DNA from: Lingula anatina | Taxonomy: Eukaryota > Animalia > Brachiopoda | DNA: 64,000 nt | Reading direction: 5' to 3' | NCBI GenBank assembly: GCA_051362555.1 | Contig: CM120645.1 | Location: 10,168,001 to 10,232,000, forward strand | Shown here: positions 26,414-39,800 of the stretch, one piece after another | Numbering within the stretch: the stretch's first letter is position 1 | Layout of the letters: each line of letters opens with the position of its first letter | Position numbers and translations under genes: made by a program | Notes under the pieces: generated by a model | The model's input: only the letters and a program-made list of their open reading frames with translations | What the model was told of the DNA's origin: nothing | Database searches by the model: none

Positions 26414-27231
26414 TTGAACGTAAAATACAAGTGAGAAGGCAGTTTGAACATGTTGAAATATTCTAAAACAGTTAAACTTCTAATCTGATGAACAACATCA
26501 AAAATGCTGTCTTTGTAACAAATTCATTTAAACGAAGAAAAACGTACTATGCAAAAGTAGATACACTCGTGACTCGTGAGAAAATTTCCATTTGATTTTA
26601 CAAAATAAACCTTTGCAGTTAAATATCGTCAACTTCCAATCCCATGAAAAACATCAAGATCGTTTTTTTTTTTTTTTTTTTTTTTGTAACTAATGTTATA
26701 TGCTAGTATTGACGTTATTTTTGCCCGTGCAGACCTAACTTTTAAACCCTCTACCAGGGAGACTGATAGATTTTTTACAGATATTCACAGATGTGTCTCT
26801 AGATAAATAGGTGGTCATTTTGAGACACTAACAATTTTCGGGGCCCTTTAGCGGGCCCCAGATCCTACGCCAAGGGGGGTGGGGGCTTTGCATCCTTGGA
26901 TCCGCCCCTGTACATGTAATTCACTATACACTTATACAGCGGGCCTACATTCGGACTATCGAACCTTCGGACTATCGAACCTTCGGACTAATGAACCTTC
27001 GGACTAATGAACCTTCGGACTATCGAACCTTCGGACCAATGAACCTTCAATGCACATTCGGACCATTGAACCTTCGGACCAATGAACCTTCGGACTATTG
27101 AACCTTCGGACTATCGCTACGGCCCCGTTGTTGCAGCAAGTTGGAACTCCTTGTTACATTTAAGACATTCCTTCTAAACTCTAAATACTTACTAGTAGCT
27201 TTAGTTTGATGCCCCATACACACCCTTTATA

Positions 27232-27395
27232 CAGGGGAGGTTTGAGGCCGTCTTCTGGGTCTTCTGGAAGACGGTCAGATATTAAGTTTACATTGACAGG
27301 TACCTATTTTTTCTGTTGGAAGACGGTCAAAAATGGAGGCTGATATAAAAGATAATTTGGAAGACTGTCAGAAAATATCTCTGGATCCACCCCTG
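27232..27395. mobile_element. hAT-like MITE (CAGGGG termini, 5-bp TSD)
   Basis: CAGGGG...CCCCTG flanked by TTATA on both sides; related copy at 34631-34797. Confidence 0.7.
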
Positions 27396-27713
27396 TTATA
27401 CTATTGCTAAAAGGCTATGGAAATAGATTCACTGCTCAAATGACACTTGTTTTTTACCATTGATTCTTTCTTGGAATTGATTATGGAATTCGGTAAAGTT
27501 ACAAGAGCATATGACATCAAATATTTTACCTTGTAGAAACTTTTTTTTATAAATTTAGAAGGGGCCAGTCGAGGTCCAACTATTATCTTCAATCTCCCCT
27601 ACAAAGTACCAAGTAAGTTGCAACAATTTTCTGTCGGTCATTTGGAATGAATATTTATTTCTTTATCATACCTTTATCATACATATTTCAAACTTTTCAT
27701 CTTCAGGTAAGCC

Positions 27714-28681
27714 ATGGCTACCAGCAGGTCTAGATCTGTACCAGACAGCTATAACTTTACAGTGGTATATGATGGATGTTTATCTTGGGACGACAAGACT
27801 GACTCCACCAAATTATCCTATGAGTTTGTGAAATTACTTCAAGAAAAAGCCAGAAAACAAGGCATTATTTGCTTTCTTCCACACTTGATGTTAAATGCAG
27901 GGGAAATGGAAAAGAGAGAAATTTATTCTGCTGTGGAAAATTCTGATCATGTCATACTTGTTATGACTGAGGGTTATTTAAGAAAAATGGGTGGTAAAAA
28001 AAGTCTAGATAGCCAGAATGATCCAGATTTGATGTTGCAGCAAATCCATTATAACATAATAGACTACAAAATTTCTGAAAATGCTGATGGAATTATCGTA
28101 GTGCCTATTTACCTGCAAACACGTAAGAAGGAAATTTCCCTTGGTGCGTACAGATCCATACAGTTTAGAAAGAAAGAAGATTGGGATGATGAAGAAAATT
28201 GGGAGAAAATCTGGAATCTCATTACAAAAGGTACAGAGTACTGTAAGAGTATTTGCCATGGAAATTTTTATGTCACATCATTTAACTAGAGGTACATGTA
28301 TATATGGTATTGACTCTATCTTCTCAATGAACATAGCAGTCTTCTAGTTAAATGATTTTGCAATCATTTATATCAACTAAATTTCTGTACAGCATTTATA
28401 GTGTTTTGACTGTATAGAATACAACTGTAGGGTACCCTGCTTTCTATTTTGTGCCACAACTCGATAAGAATATTCTTACTATAATTTAAGAAATTATGTC
28501 TTAAAATTTTTTCCTATTGTAAAGATCTAGTCATTGCTATAAAAAGTTCAAAACAAAATCTCTTTTAAGGTTTTAATGTGTGCAAATGAATGTATAAATT
28601 ATTGGAAAAGAAGAGTTCATACCATCATCCTACATGCATGCTGTCTTTTATTGTTAGGCTTCCACATGATTTTTACACCTA

Positions 28682-28719
<38 letters not shown>

Positions 28720-29616
28720 CTTGTGTTATACTTTGAGAAATGTCTCAGAAAAGATAAAGAGACAGTTGGGTAGTATGACTTTCATATATATGTTGAATAC
28801 TTTAGTATTATAATAATTTCATAAATTGCCAGGTCTGGAGGCATCAGTGTTGACTGGGTCTGCAGTATCTTCTCAAGGGTCCAGTGGGCCAGAGGCTGGG
28901 GAATCAGGTAACAGAAAAAATAGGTTATTTTAAGGACTATAAGTATACAGGACTTCAAGCTTCAAATGATGTCCATTGTGCTACCTTTTTAATCAATTGT
29001 GAAACATTCAAGGTTGTACTGCTGAGCTGAAATAGTTCGCAGCAAATACCATTTTTATTTATTTGTATATATGCAAAAACAATCATATATATATATATAA
29101 ATTTTTAATAAAACTGTCTAATAAAATTATGATTTACTGAAATATCTGAGGGCTCAAAAGGAATGACTTGGTTCCCACGTGTTGGTTCCCCTTAACCTAT
29201 TGTACTAGCAGGATCTGAGGAGATTCTTACCAAAATGCATTCATTTGAAGCAGCTTAAATGTCTGTCACACCCAATGAAGCTGTTAGGGGGCAATTAACA
29301 TTTGTGCATCCTAAAACTGAATGCAATTTAGTGAGAAACCCCTCGGAGATAGATTGATCCTGCTTGTAGAATAGGGTTATGGAAATGGTCCCATAGACAG
29401 AGCTTCATCTGATGGCAAATATATTTTCTAGCTCAAAATGATTCCAACCAGGGAGTGAGAAGCCAAGAACCTGCTGCTGCTGCTGTAAGTGCGACTGCCA
29501 CTGAAACCGCTGAAAATCCCCAGGATTCAATGCAGTTTGAATCGCTGACATCAGGTTTGTATAACAATATGTATTGTGTGTTGTAATGAACGATTAGAGA
29601 ATACATTTTGTCATGT

Positions 29617-29698
<82 letters not shown>

Positions 29699-31639
29699 GT
29701 TATTATTATTATTATTATTAATATAAGCTGTAGCATATAGTCTGGAAAGGGATACTTCTCTGAAATTCTGTTACACGTGTGTCCCTTTATATGCTGAAAG
29801 TAACCATGTATGCAGTGTAAAGTGTGAATATTTTTTAATTCCACAGACGCCAGAGTAAGTTCCGAAGAGACAGCAGGGTCTTCAACTGCTGATAGTAAGA
29901 CAGATGCCCAACAGAGGTCTGATTCAACTGAAGATGATAGCACAGCTTCTCGAGATCACCATCCAGGATCTCCGCCATGTGTAAACATGGATTCCAGTTC
30001 CAGTGGTGCAAGGAGTAAGGTTTTTTTCATCATGATTGGTGCAGTGTTCTGTACTGCAACAGTTTGAGTCACTGGCATCTTAATGGCCTGGTTATTGTGT
30101 TAGAGTTACCTAAAAGCACTGTAGTGGATTTGGGGGTGGAGGTGGGGGTGTCAGGGGGGTTTTGTCTACCCCCCCCCCCCCCCCCCCCCCATTTTCCGTT
30201 TCTGTGTACTGTAAGAGTATTTGCTGTGGGAATTTATATCACATCATTTAACTAGAGGAACATGTATATATGGTGTTGACTCTTATCTTCTCAATGAAGA
30301 TATCAGTCTTCTAGTAAGATGATTTTGGAATCATATCAATTAAATTTCTGTACAGCATTTATGGTGTTTTGACTGTACTGTATAGAATACAACTGTAGGG
30401 TACCCTGCTTTCTATTTTGTGCCACCACTCTATAAGAATATTGTTACTATAATTTAAGAAATTATGTCTTAAATTTTTTTCTAATTGCAAATTAAGATCT
30501 AGTCATTGCCATAAAAGCTGGTGTTCAAAACAAAATCTCCTTTAAGGTTTTAATGTGTGCAATTGAATGTAGAAATTATTGGAAAAGAAGAGTTCATATC
30601 ATTAACACTGCCACCCCCTCCCCCAAATTTCGGTGTCCTTCTGTGGGTAAAATCCTGGATATGTTAAACCTAGGACCTAAAATATTTATCTTCTATCCTA
30701 AATTAGACTTACTGTAATTATAATAATTATATTTGTTTGAGAAGTGTCTCAGATAAATTTAGAGACAGCTGACTAGTGTGATGTGCTTATCGTGTAGAAT
30801 ACTGCATTATTTTTAAATCTTAAATGGATGAAAAATAAAATATTCAGTTTGATGAATTATTTTATTATCAGATCTACAGCCATTGGTGTTGACTGGGTCT
30901 GCAGTATCTTCTGGAGGGTCCAGTGTACCAGATGCTGGGAAATCAGGTAACAGAAAAAATGTGTCATTTTTAGGACTATAAGTATACAGGACTTCAAGCT
31001 TCTAATGATGGACAATGTGCTCTCTTTTTAATCAGTTGTGAAACATTCAAAATTGTACTGCAGAGATGGAATATTTCACAACAAATGCTGTCTTTATCTA
31101 CTTGTACATGTATATATGCAAATACATTCCTCGTATATATGAATTTTTAATAAAGTTGTCTAATAAAGTTATGATTTACTGAAATATCTAAGGGCTCAAA
31201 AGGAATGACTGGGTTCCCATTAACCTATTGATAATTGTACTAGCAGGATCTGTAGAGATTCTTGCCACATTGCATTCATTTTAAGCAGCTTAAATGTCTG
31301 GCACACCCAATGAAGCTGATAGGGGGGTGCACGCTAAAACTGAATGTAATTAAGTGAGAAACCCCTCAGAGATAGATCAATCCTGCTTGTAGGATAGGGT
31401 TATGGAAATGGTCCCATAGACAGAGCTTCATCTGATGGCAAATATATTTTCTAGCTCAAAATGATTCCAACCAGGGAGTGAGAAGCCAAGAACCTGCTGC
31501 TGCAGCTGTAAGTGAGACTGCCACTGAAACCGCTGAAAATCCCCAGGAGTCAATACAGTTTGAATCGCTGACATCAGGTTTGTATAACAATATGTATTGT
31601 GTGCTGTAATGAATGATTAGAGAATACATTTTTTCATGT

Positions 31640-31721
<82 letters not shown>

Positions 31722-33316
31722 ATAAGCTGTAGCATTTAGTCTGGAAAGGGATACTTCTCTGAAAATCTGTTACATCTGTTTCCCTTAATATGCTGAAAGT
31801 AACCATGTATGCAGTGTAAAGTGTGGATATTTTTAAATTCCACAGACCCCAGACTATGTGACGAAGAGACGGCCGGGTCTTTAACACCAACTACTGATAG
31901 TAAGACTGATGCCCATCAGAGGTCTGAGTCAACTGAAGATGATAGCACAGCTTCTCGAGTTCACAATGCAGGATTACCACCATGTGTAAACATGGATTCC
32001 AGTCCCAAGGGTGCAAGGAGTAAGTTTTTTTTTAAATCAGGATTCGGTACTGCAACAGTTTGAGACATTGGCATCTTAATAACCTGGTTATTATGCAAGA
32101 GTTATTTAAAAATAGTGGTGGATTTAGCAGGTGGGGGTAAAGTGGGTCCTGACACCCTCTCGGTTTCTGGAAAAAAAAAAAAAACTTCCTGAAGGTGGCT
32201 TGATAATGATGAAATTCTGCCAGTACAAACAATTTAAATAGTCTGGTAAGACTAGCTCATTAAAAAGTTGCATTTGAATTTTATTTATTCATTTATAAAA
32301 TCATATGTTTAGGTTATTGTTAATTGCATAAAATGTGTTTATTAAGTTATTGCCAATTGCATAAAATGCAAAAAAATAAGTTTTTGTGTTCATTTGATTA
32401 TTTCAATATTCAATTAGAAGTTTAAAAAATCATTGTATATTGTCATAATGCTGTAACTCTTTTTAAAGGAGAGTTTTCAAAGGATAAGATAACTTCTTCA
32501 AAAATTATGATCTGGCTATAATATAAAACTATACTCAAAATTACTATTTAAATGATGAATATTTTTGTATAATAGGAAAATGTTGACTTTCAGGAACAAA
32601 GTCAAGTGATGAAAAGATGGAAAGTGAAGGAGGAGCATCTGGGATCCGTAGATCAAAGTCAGCACCTGTTCATGGAAAACAGCAGCAAGAAAACAAATCG
32701 CTACTACAAAAATTCAAGTAAGAAAACTGTTTGAAAGCTATTTAAGTTAGCATGCAGTTGTGCTGTTTCATTAAGTTTTTTCTTTGATTAAAAGGCAGAG
32801 GAGACATTTTTTACAGTATCAAAACTATAAGTAAGTTTTTTGATTCGTTTCCATCTGTTTTATGACTTTCATGTGTTTATGACAGGAAGACTGACCCAGT
32901 TGTAAAATAGACACTGAAATTCTAAAATGTCATATATGGAGGCTTGTAGTATGAAAGATAGCACTTTTTTTGCTTGTGTTAGCCAAAAAAGTACACAATA
33001 CATCATACAACTATTGCTTTTATTACTTTTACCATTTATCTGCTTATTTGTTAGCAACATTATAGATCAAAGTTATGATTGAAATTTTTAGAAACAGTTG
33101 GAATGGGATAGGTAAGAAATTATTAGACTTACTAGGTAGTATCTATCTATTGAATATAGTTGATATATAATAAAAACAATAATTGAGCTGCCTCAACTGA
33201 GGTCTGCACTTCTACACGCTTCCCTTGTTTTAAAGATAAATTGATTTCATTTTAGAGATTTGTTCAAAAGAGATAAAGGAAATGGCAAAGATGAATCAGA
33301 TCTCAGTGGTACATGA
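27714..33316 (+). CDS. Gene B: TIR domain + duplicated Ser/acidic disordered tail, 479 aa, 9 coding exons (27714-28230, 28833-28907, 29432-29554, 29847-30014, 30872-30946, 31455-31577, 31846-32019, 32594-32717, 33256-33316)
   Basis: TIR exon is paralogous to gene A (roughly 60-65% aa identity by eye) with the same phase-1 donor. The 75-nt exon 2 is homologous to gene A exon 2. All introns are GT-AG and join into a 1440-nt ORF ending ..GIRRSKSAPVHGKQQQENKSLLQKFKDLFKRDKGNGKDESDLSGT*. Downstream exons are low-complexity, so they are less certain than the TIR exon. Confidence 0.75.
28238..32160 (+). repeat. ~2-kb tandem duplication of intron 1 + exons 2-4 of gene B
   Basis: GTACTGTAAGAGTATTTG..CACATCATTTAACTAGAGG at 28238 and 30206; paired exons of 75/75, 123/123 and 168/174 nt; duplicated (AAT)n(ATT)n tract. 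Confidence 0.9.
29617..29722. repeat. (AAT)n followed directly by (ATT)n, a self-complementary microsatellite (second copy 31639-31725)
   Basis: Trinucleotide run that switches to its reverse complement. Confidence 0.9.
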
Positions 33317-34385
33317 AGCAGAAAACTCATTCAATCCAGTCCCTATCCTTCCTCTCTCTTCTCCATTGATATGCATGTGGTCAAAGCAGACTTGTTGAAA
33401 ATTGGAAAGAACAACTCTGAAAACGGTACATATAAGACAGCACTTGACACTAGGAGCAATGTGATGGGAGCGAAGAAGTCTTAAGAATGTGGATCCAGTA
33501 CATCAAACACATTTTTTCTTGTTAAAACAAGATTTAAAAGAAAAAAAAAACAGAAAAAAAAGCTATTAAAAAGTGATGAAAACAGAAAAAACGATGCTCA
33601 GTAGATAGTGAGAAACATACTGGTACATGGAATGAACATGTAGTGTACATGTACATGTAAAAGAATTGAAGCCTCTCAGTTGTAATCAGCACAATAATAG
33701 ACACACATACCAGTAGCATGTTGTTTTACCATGGATACATATAGTTTATATGTAGTATGAAATGTGAGTAATAAACAGTATATTTGGCCTTTGTCAAATA
33801 CTTGTAAGTATATTGGAAGATAAAAGGGGCTGTACTATAGGAAGGAAAGCACAAGGAGTAGTAACAGCTTACATGTATCCCAGTAGATGGTAGATGGTTT
33901 ATTATTACTCCAAGCAAAACTTATTTTATTTTTAGAGCTTTAAAAAAATCCAACTGTTGCTTGGTGAATCAAAAAAAAAAAAAAAAAAAAAAAAAAGAAC
34001 GTGTAATTTTTATGCTATTTACTATTAGTTTAGTATGATCATCCTGTCAAGAATATTGTGTGAGAATGAGAGAATGTGAAAGAAAGTTGTGCCATGTATT
34101 GACTTTGTCTGTTGATTAATTTGTAAAAAATAAAACCATAATAAAATTAATTTGTGATAAAGACCCACATTTTAAGTGTTTTGTTTGAGATGTGGGACTC
34201 ACTTGCATAATAGAATAATAGCAGTGTACATGCTTGTGTGTGTGTGATATTTACACAATAAATTTATATTTAGAATAAAATGTTTAGAAAAAAAAATTTC
34301 ATTAGTGAGTCAGTAGCACATTGAGGATAGATGTACTGTGTCAATTATTTACAATTTTTTAAACAAAAATACATTCCTTCTCTGC

Positions 34386-34402
<17 letters not shown>

Positions 34403-34452
<50 letters not shown>
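34403..34452. repeat. (TA)n microsatellite after a poly-A run
   Basis: Direct observation. Confidence 0.95.
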
Positions 34453-34458
<6 letters not shown>

Positions 34459-34630
34459 CAAAAAAAATTTAAAATGTCATATAAAGATATATTCTGAATG
34501 CAGATATGATATTTTTGTAAGTTTCAGTGTTCATGTCATTATAACAGTATTTAGTTGTTTTTTTTAAATAATTAACTGTGTATATTCATATTGATGACTC
34601 ATTTTGAAGGAGATTGTTCAAAGGATAAGA

Positions 34631-34797
34631 CAGAGGCAGACAAAGACCATCTTCTGGGTCTTCCAGGAAACGGTCAGAATTTTTCAGTTTACACTGAGGG
34701 GTATTAAATTTTTTCTGTCAGAAGATTTAAAAATGGGGGATGGATCAACAATGGTAATTTGGAAGACTGTCAATAAATATCTCTGGATCTGCCCCTG
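34631..34797. mobile_element. Diverged copy of the 27232-27395 MITE
   Basis: Shares TCTTCTGGGTCTT..ACGGTCAG..GGAAGACTGTCA..CTCTGGATC.GCCCCTG. Confidence 0.65.
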
Positions 34798-34967
34798 TCA
34801 GATATTTTGTGATATCTTTATAAGTTTATAAGAATTCTTGTTAGCTCAGATGGGATGGATCTTTTGTAAATTGTGCCATAAGTTAGGGGGGGTTGAGATC
34901 TACTTACGTTAAATGAATACAGCATTTGTTTGCAATGATAAAAACATTGTCACTAATTCCTTATTTT

Positions 34968-35002
<35 letters not shown>

Positions 35003-36856
35003 TAAGAGCTAGCAAGTTAGAGCATATGGAATTATTTTTTGATTTTTATTTGTACATAATGTTCCTACAAAATGCAGAAATGGGTTTTATCCAGTGATTT
35101 CTTACCATTATAATTAGCTTTGATACAGCTACAGACATTTTTTAAAAATATATGTATGCACATGTAAACTTAAAAGTGGTTTAGTACAGAGTACATCTAA
35201 GAGGGTCCCATTTGGAGGGGGGGGGGTGTAGTGATATCAGTTTACCTGAAATTAAATCATCAATTTACAAATTACAGGAAATAAAACTGTATTCATACAT
35301 GTTCCTCATTACAAGTACATGAAATGTGAGTTGAAAATCATGAATATACAATTCTCAATGACTTTGTTTCTTAAAGGACGAAGAATGAAAACTTGCATTT
35401 ATCTACCAGTCACAGGAATGAGGTTATTCATGGATCACACTAAATTATAGGTTTTATATGCATCTTGGGAAATAGGAAATGACTTTCACCAGTATTGAAA
35501 ATATCCAAATGCAATGGGACTCTCTTCAATTGAAATTATATTTTTCATACATAAAATGTTTTTATATCCTATTTGTTGATTTGAACAGTGGCTACATAAA
35601 GTTAACAGGGTAGAACCTGTTTTAAGGGAATATCACTTTCTAGAATCTGAAAATGAGTTAAAACTATAAGATAATTTCTATTCACTTGCAGTACGTTTCT
35701 GTGCATTTTGATCACTTCAGGGTTTAACAAGAGAAGCAGGGGTGTTGATGTGTGTACATGTGGACACCCACCCTTACTGATATATATATATATATATTAG
35801 ATCAGAGTAAACCCTGCTCTGCTGTGGAAAGACATTCACTTTGACAGTCCCAACTTTTCTTGTCGTTTGTCAACCTCTGAAGTGATCAGAAATCAAAGTG
35901 CACAGAAAAAAAACTGCAAATGACAAGAATTTATCATTTTATTCGTTGTTCGGCCCTAAAAGCAGTGGCATCCCCAGTTAGCAGGATATGTTAATGAATA
36001 GCAGTTGGAAAGATCACAAAATTAACATTTTATTTGAAATATCTTGTAAGTTTTTATAATAAAACAAAATAAATAAAAATTGTTATTGGGTGTTTTAATT
36101 TTTGAGAAAAAGAAGGACCATTTAATTCCCCTTCTGTGATTTACACCTATGGCCAGGTTAATGGTTTTACTGAAAAAATTACAAAAATTGAACACATGGT
36201 TAAAATAAATACATGAGCTTTATTTGACTATAATGCAAAGGCTGAGTTACAAATTAAAAACAGATAATTGCAAGATGTTGATGGAAAAATGTACAATATA
36301 CAGGGCTGTGAGAGCTAATGTTTAAATTTTTTCTGGCAATTGTGTCATTACGTAAAATCACATGATTGAAATGATGAAAAAATATAAAATAATGAAATAA
36401 TTTATAGAGTGCCGTTAATCTAAAATAGTTTCATTAACTTAGTGCACATTATTTAAGAAAAACAACTTTTTAAAAATCTGACTTGTTTCTAAAAAAGTGA
36501 ATAATTTTACATTGAATGATAAAGACATAAAGTTAACAGTTTTTCTCTTAATAATGCACACATGAAAAATTCTCGGATTCAACCCTTTTTGGTAAAACAA
36601 TTTATATTTTCAGCTTGAGAAATTGTTCATTTCAGTAACTACGGTATATATAAAATGTGCAATGTAATAACGTACCATATTACAGTATTGTGGGTTTTTT
36701 TGGCTAAGAAAAAAGTTCAGTTTGTAGTACTTGCTTTCTATTGACAGTGTGAAAAATTGAAAAATGAAATTTGTCAAAAAATCCAGTGCTGAGGATTGAA
36801 AATTTCAGTAAAAGTCAACTACATCCTCAGACATTCAGCAAAGTGAGTATCACAAG

Positions 36857-39800
36857 TTATCTATTATTTGCTGCTGGGAACACAGCTCTGTAGATGACAA
36901 CAGAGGCCACTTTCAGGGGTTCAAAGATGAACACCTCCTCCAGCAGAGCAAACACGACAAGACAGGCCCAGCGGTATGAGCTCTCTGTGGTCAGCTCAAT
37001 CATGTAGATCTCAGTGAAGAACAGAGAGATGAAGACAGAGCACAGGAGAAGGGCAATAATGATGTAAAGCACATAGTGTGGGAGTTTCTTCTTCATCTCT
37101 CCTGTTGCCTCCATCTCTAGCTGAAGTAGCTGGGCATCAGTTAGCTGCTGTGTTGATGTTAGAGATGGCTTTTTGAGTTCATCACCAGGACTGTCATTAT
37201 CTGGAGTATTTTATATAAATATTCAGTTTTTCAATGTGCATAAATTAAAGTTGTTTGAAATTTACTTGAGTCTTACCATAAAAAAACACCCAGAAAAAAA
37301 GAAACAAATTTCATTATAATAATACAGAAAATAATATTAGTAATACTTTTGTTTTAATATTAAGGCACATTTTATAAAGATAAATTGTTGAAGTTTTTTA
37401 AAAATATTTTTAAAGACTGAAAACATAAGAATGAAAGGAAAATCAACAAACACCAAATATTGCTAAAAAATGTAGACACTGACAATGAACTATTTAAATT
37501 ACGAATTCAGCACTTACCATCTTCCAGTTGAAGCACAGCATGCTGGCTGCTCCTCTGTGGAGCTGCATCCAAGAAATCAAAGGCTGACTCAAACACACTT
37601 GCCATGCTGTCCTGGTTGATGGCGCCATCTATCATGCTGCCTTGTTGTACAGCGCTGTCATGGGCAGAAATAACACTGGCATCATCTCTGTAATAGGAAA
37701 AAAGATTTCACAAAAATATATAAATATACAGCATGGAAAAAATCAAAATAAAAAATAATAATAATAAAATATTAATAAATTAAAAAAGTTAATACCAAAA
37801 AAAAAAAAAAAAATAGAATAAAAATATGAGTCGCCTTTCCTGTCACCTATATTACCTTGCTGCCATGTTGGTGTTGCCAGTCTCAGGACCACCGCAGGTG
37901 CCATTGTTATTGTTAATGTTGTCATTGGTCTGCAAGATGCTGGTATCAGACTGTGACCTGGGATGATACCAGGCATCTCATACAGAATTATAAATTACAG
38001 ACAAATTTTGGAGATGGTATAACAAAACTGAGATCCAACCTTAATTAATTAAATGTCAGCAAAATTTTATACATAATTTTCATTTCTTTTTCAAATTGCT
38101 ACCTTTGAAAATTCTTATTTGAATATAATGTTTATATACAAACTGCATCTATAGGTGTAACCTGTAACAATTGTAAACAAGATGTGTATAACTTATGTTA
38201 AAATCATCACTCAATACAGCATCAGATATCACTAGATATAGGTAATACATACCTCTGCAGTCTGATATCTTGGCAAACTCTTGCAGTGGAGGTCTCTACA
38301 TCCATGTGGCTGAGGCGTTTCTTGGCAAGGTTCTGCCTCATGAGTTCAGTCTTGGAGGCCAGTGACACCTGCCTGCTGAATGGCATCTCCTCCCTGTTGA
38401 ACACCATGGTGTGGCGTCTCTGTCTCTTCCCTGGCCAAGCAGATGGGGGAATGGGGCTGGAAGGAGTGAAAAAATAATGAAATATGGCAAAGAATTACGT
38501 ACTCTATTTTTATATACTATAACTAGAATTACAATACAATTCAATTAGTATGATGTTGATTAAATGAAGTGTGGAGAGTTTGAGAGTAATTATCGTACCT
38601 GATGATGGCATGGGAGGAGAGGGCCTTGGTTGGCATTTCATCCATCTCCTCAAAGGGCATATCACTGGGCTGCCAGGCTGACAGCAAGGGCTGGGGCTTG
38701 TCTCCAAGGGGGGTGTTACTCAGGTTGAGCTGAGAGTCCTTGGCACTCACAGAGCCCCTGGCCACTTTGGGAATGGCTGAAATACAGGATGTTGATTTAT
38801 TTTTTGAAAGATGATGCTGGTGTTTCTTTCAATATCAGTTAGTTCTTATACCAGAAATGATTCGGAAAATCATGACAGACATTGAGACCTATTCTAAAAC
38901 TTGGAAATATGGTCATTTCATGACAATTATGCTGACAACTTATAAAAATTTAACCAATAAAAAAATTATTGATCAGTAACAGTTCAATTGATGTAAATAC
39001 CTGAGGGTTTAAAATCCTCCAGCTTCTGTTCCCCACCACAAGCTGTGTAAGTCAGTTCCACAGGGATATCTGCAGTGTCCAGTACCTCACTGAGAGAAGC
39101 TCCATCATGGACCTCAGCCTCCACCAGATACTGGTCCTGGCCTATGGAGACCATGGTGTCATCCTCCACACCATCACTGGCTGGGATGCCTGCATCTCCA
39201 GAGAGAATAAAGGCCTCCTCATCATCTGGGGGAGCATCCCTGCAGGCTTGGCGGGCCATGCTGATTCTTCCTCCTCCACCAGTGTCAGGCTTGTCAGTCC
39301 ATCCCAGGGGGTCCATGTTGAGGATATCATACATCCAGCAGAGGCGTTTGGTCACCGTGTTACATAGGGTGAACTCCACCAGGCAGTTGAGCAGCTTGAT
39401 GACAAAGTGGATGCCAAATGCAATGATGAAGAGGTCCCCAGACACCAGCTGTTTCTCACCACTGGAAGGCTGTGGGGAGGCCACAGTGAGCAGGATGTTC
39501 CCCAGCAGGTAGTTGACATACAGGGAGAACAAGGTCAGGACTGTGAGAGGACGGGACAGGGTGCAGAGGTGCTCACGTGGGCCTCCAAATACAGCGTTTA
39601 CCCACAAGTGGAACTGGAGCAGGTTGGAAGTGATGGTGTTGAACAACCAGCTGAAATGTGAACAAAATGTGAGTGACATTTTTAAATTACACTCATAGCA
39701 AACTATGGCCATATTGTGATATGGGTCTTCATGCCAAATAGCTATAGTCTTAATAAATTTTTTATTTTATTCATATTTATTTACAATTTACTTTAAGCAA

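Larger units (their letters stand above)
20127..27127. mobile_element. 7.0-kb DNA transposon with 17-bp subterminal repeats and a 6-bp TSD; superfamily unassigned
   Basis: Left end CGGGGGCGTCTCGATAGTCCGAAGGTTC, right end GAACCTTCGGACTATCGCTACGGCCCCG. TTGTTG on both sides (20121-20126, 27128-27133). Inverted arrays of the 17-bp TCCGAAGGTTCATTGG-type unit at 20138-20335 and 26950-27115. Confidence 0.85.

Noticed and set aside
29611-29943. Minus-strand ORF with a poly-Ile tail
   Set aside because: Microsatellite translation plus the antisense of gene B exon 4.
8517-33316. Naming gene A IRAK4/Pelle or gene B MyD88/SARM1/TIRAP
   Set aside because: No death, SAM or ARM domains and no orthology evidence; gene symbols left blank.
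33400-36800. Missing polycystin channel exons downstream of copy 1
   Set aside because: No TM-rich or PKD-channel-like exon seen; the last exon has an in-frame stop in all four copies, and in copies 2-4 the next promoter follows within ~1.3 kb.
39075-39698. Plus-strand ORFs overlapping the large exon (and equivalents at 47.2, 54.2 and 61.2 kb)
   Set aside because: Antisense shadows of a GC-rich coding exon; their lengths vary between copies while the minus frame is conserved.
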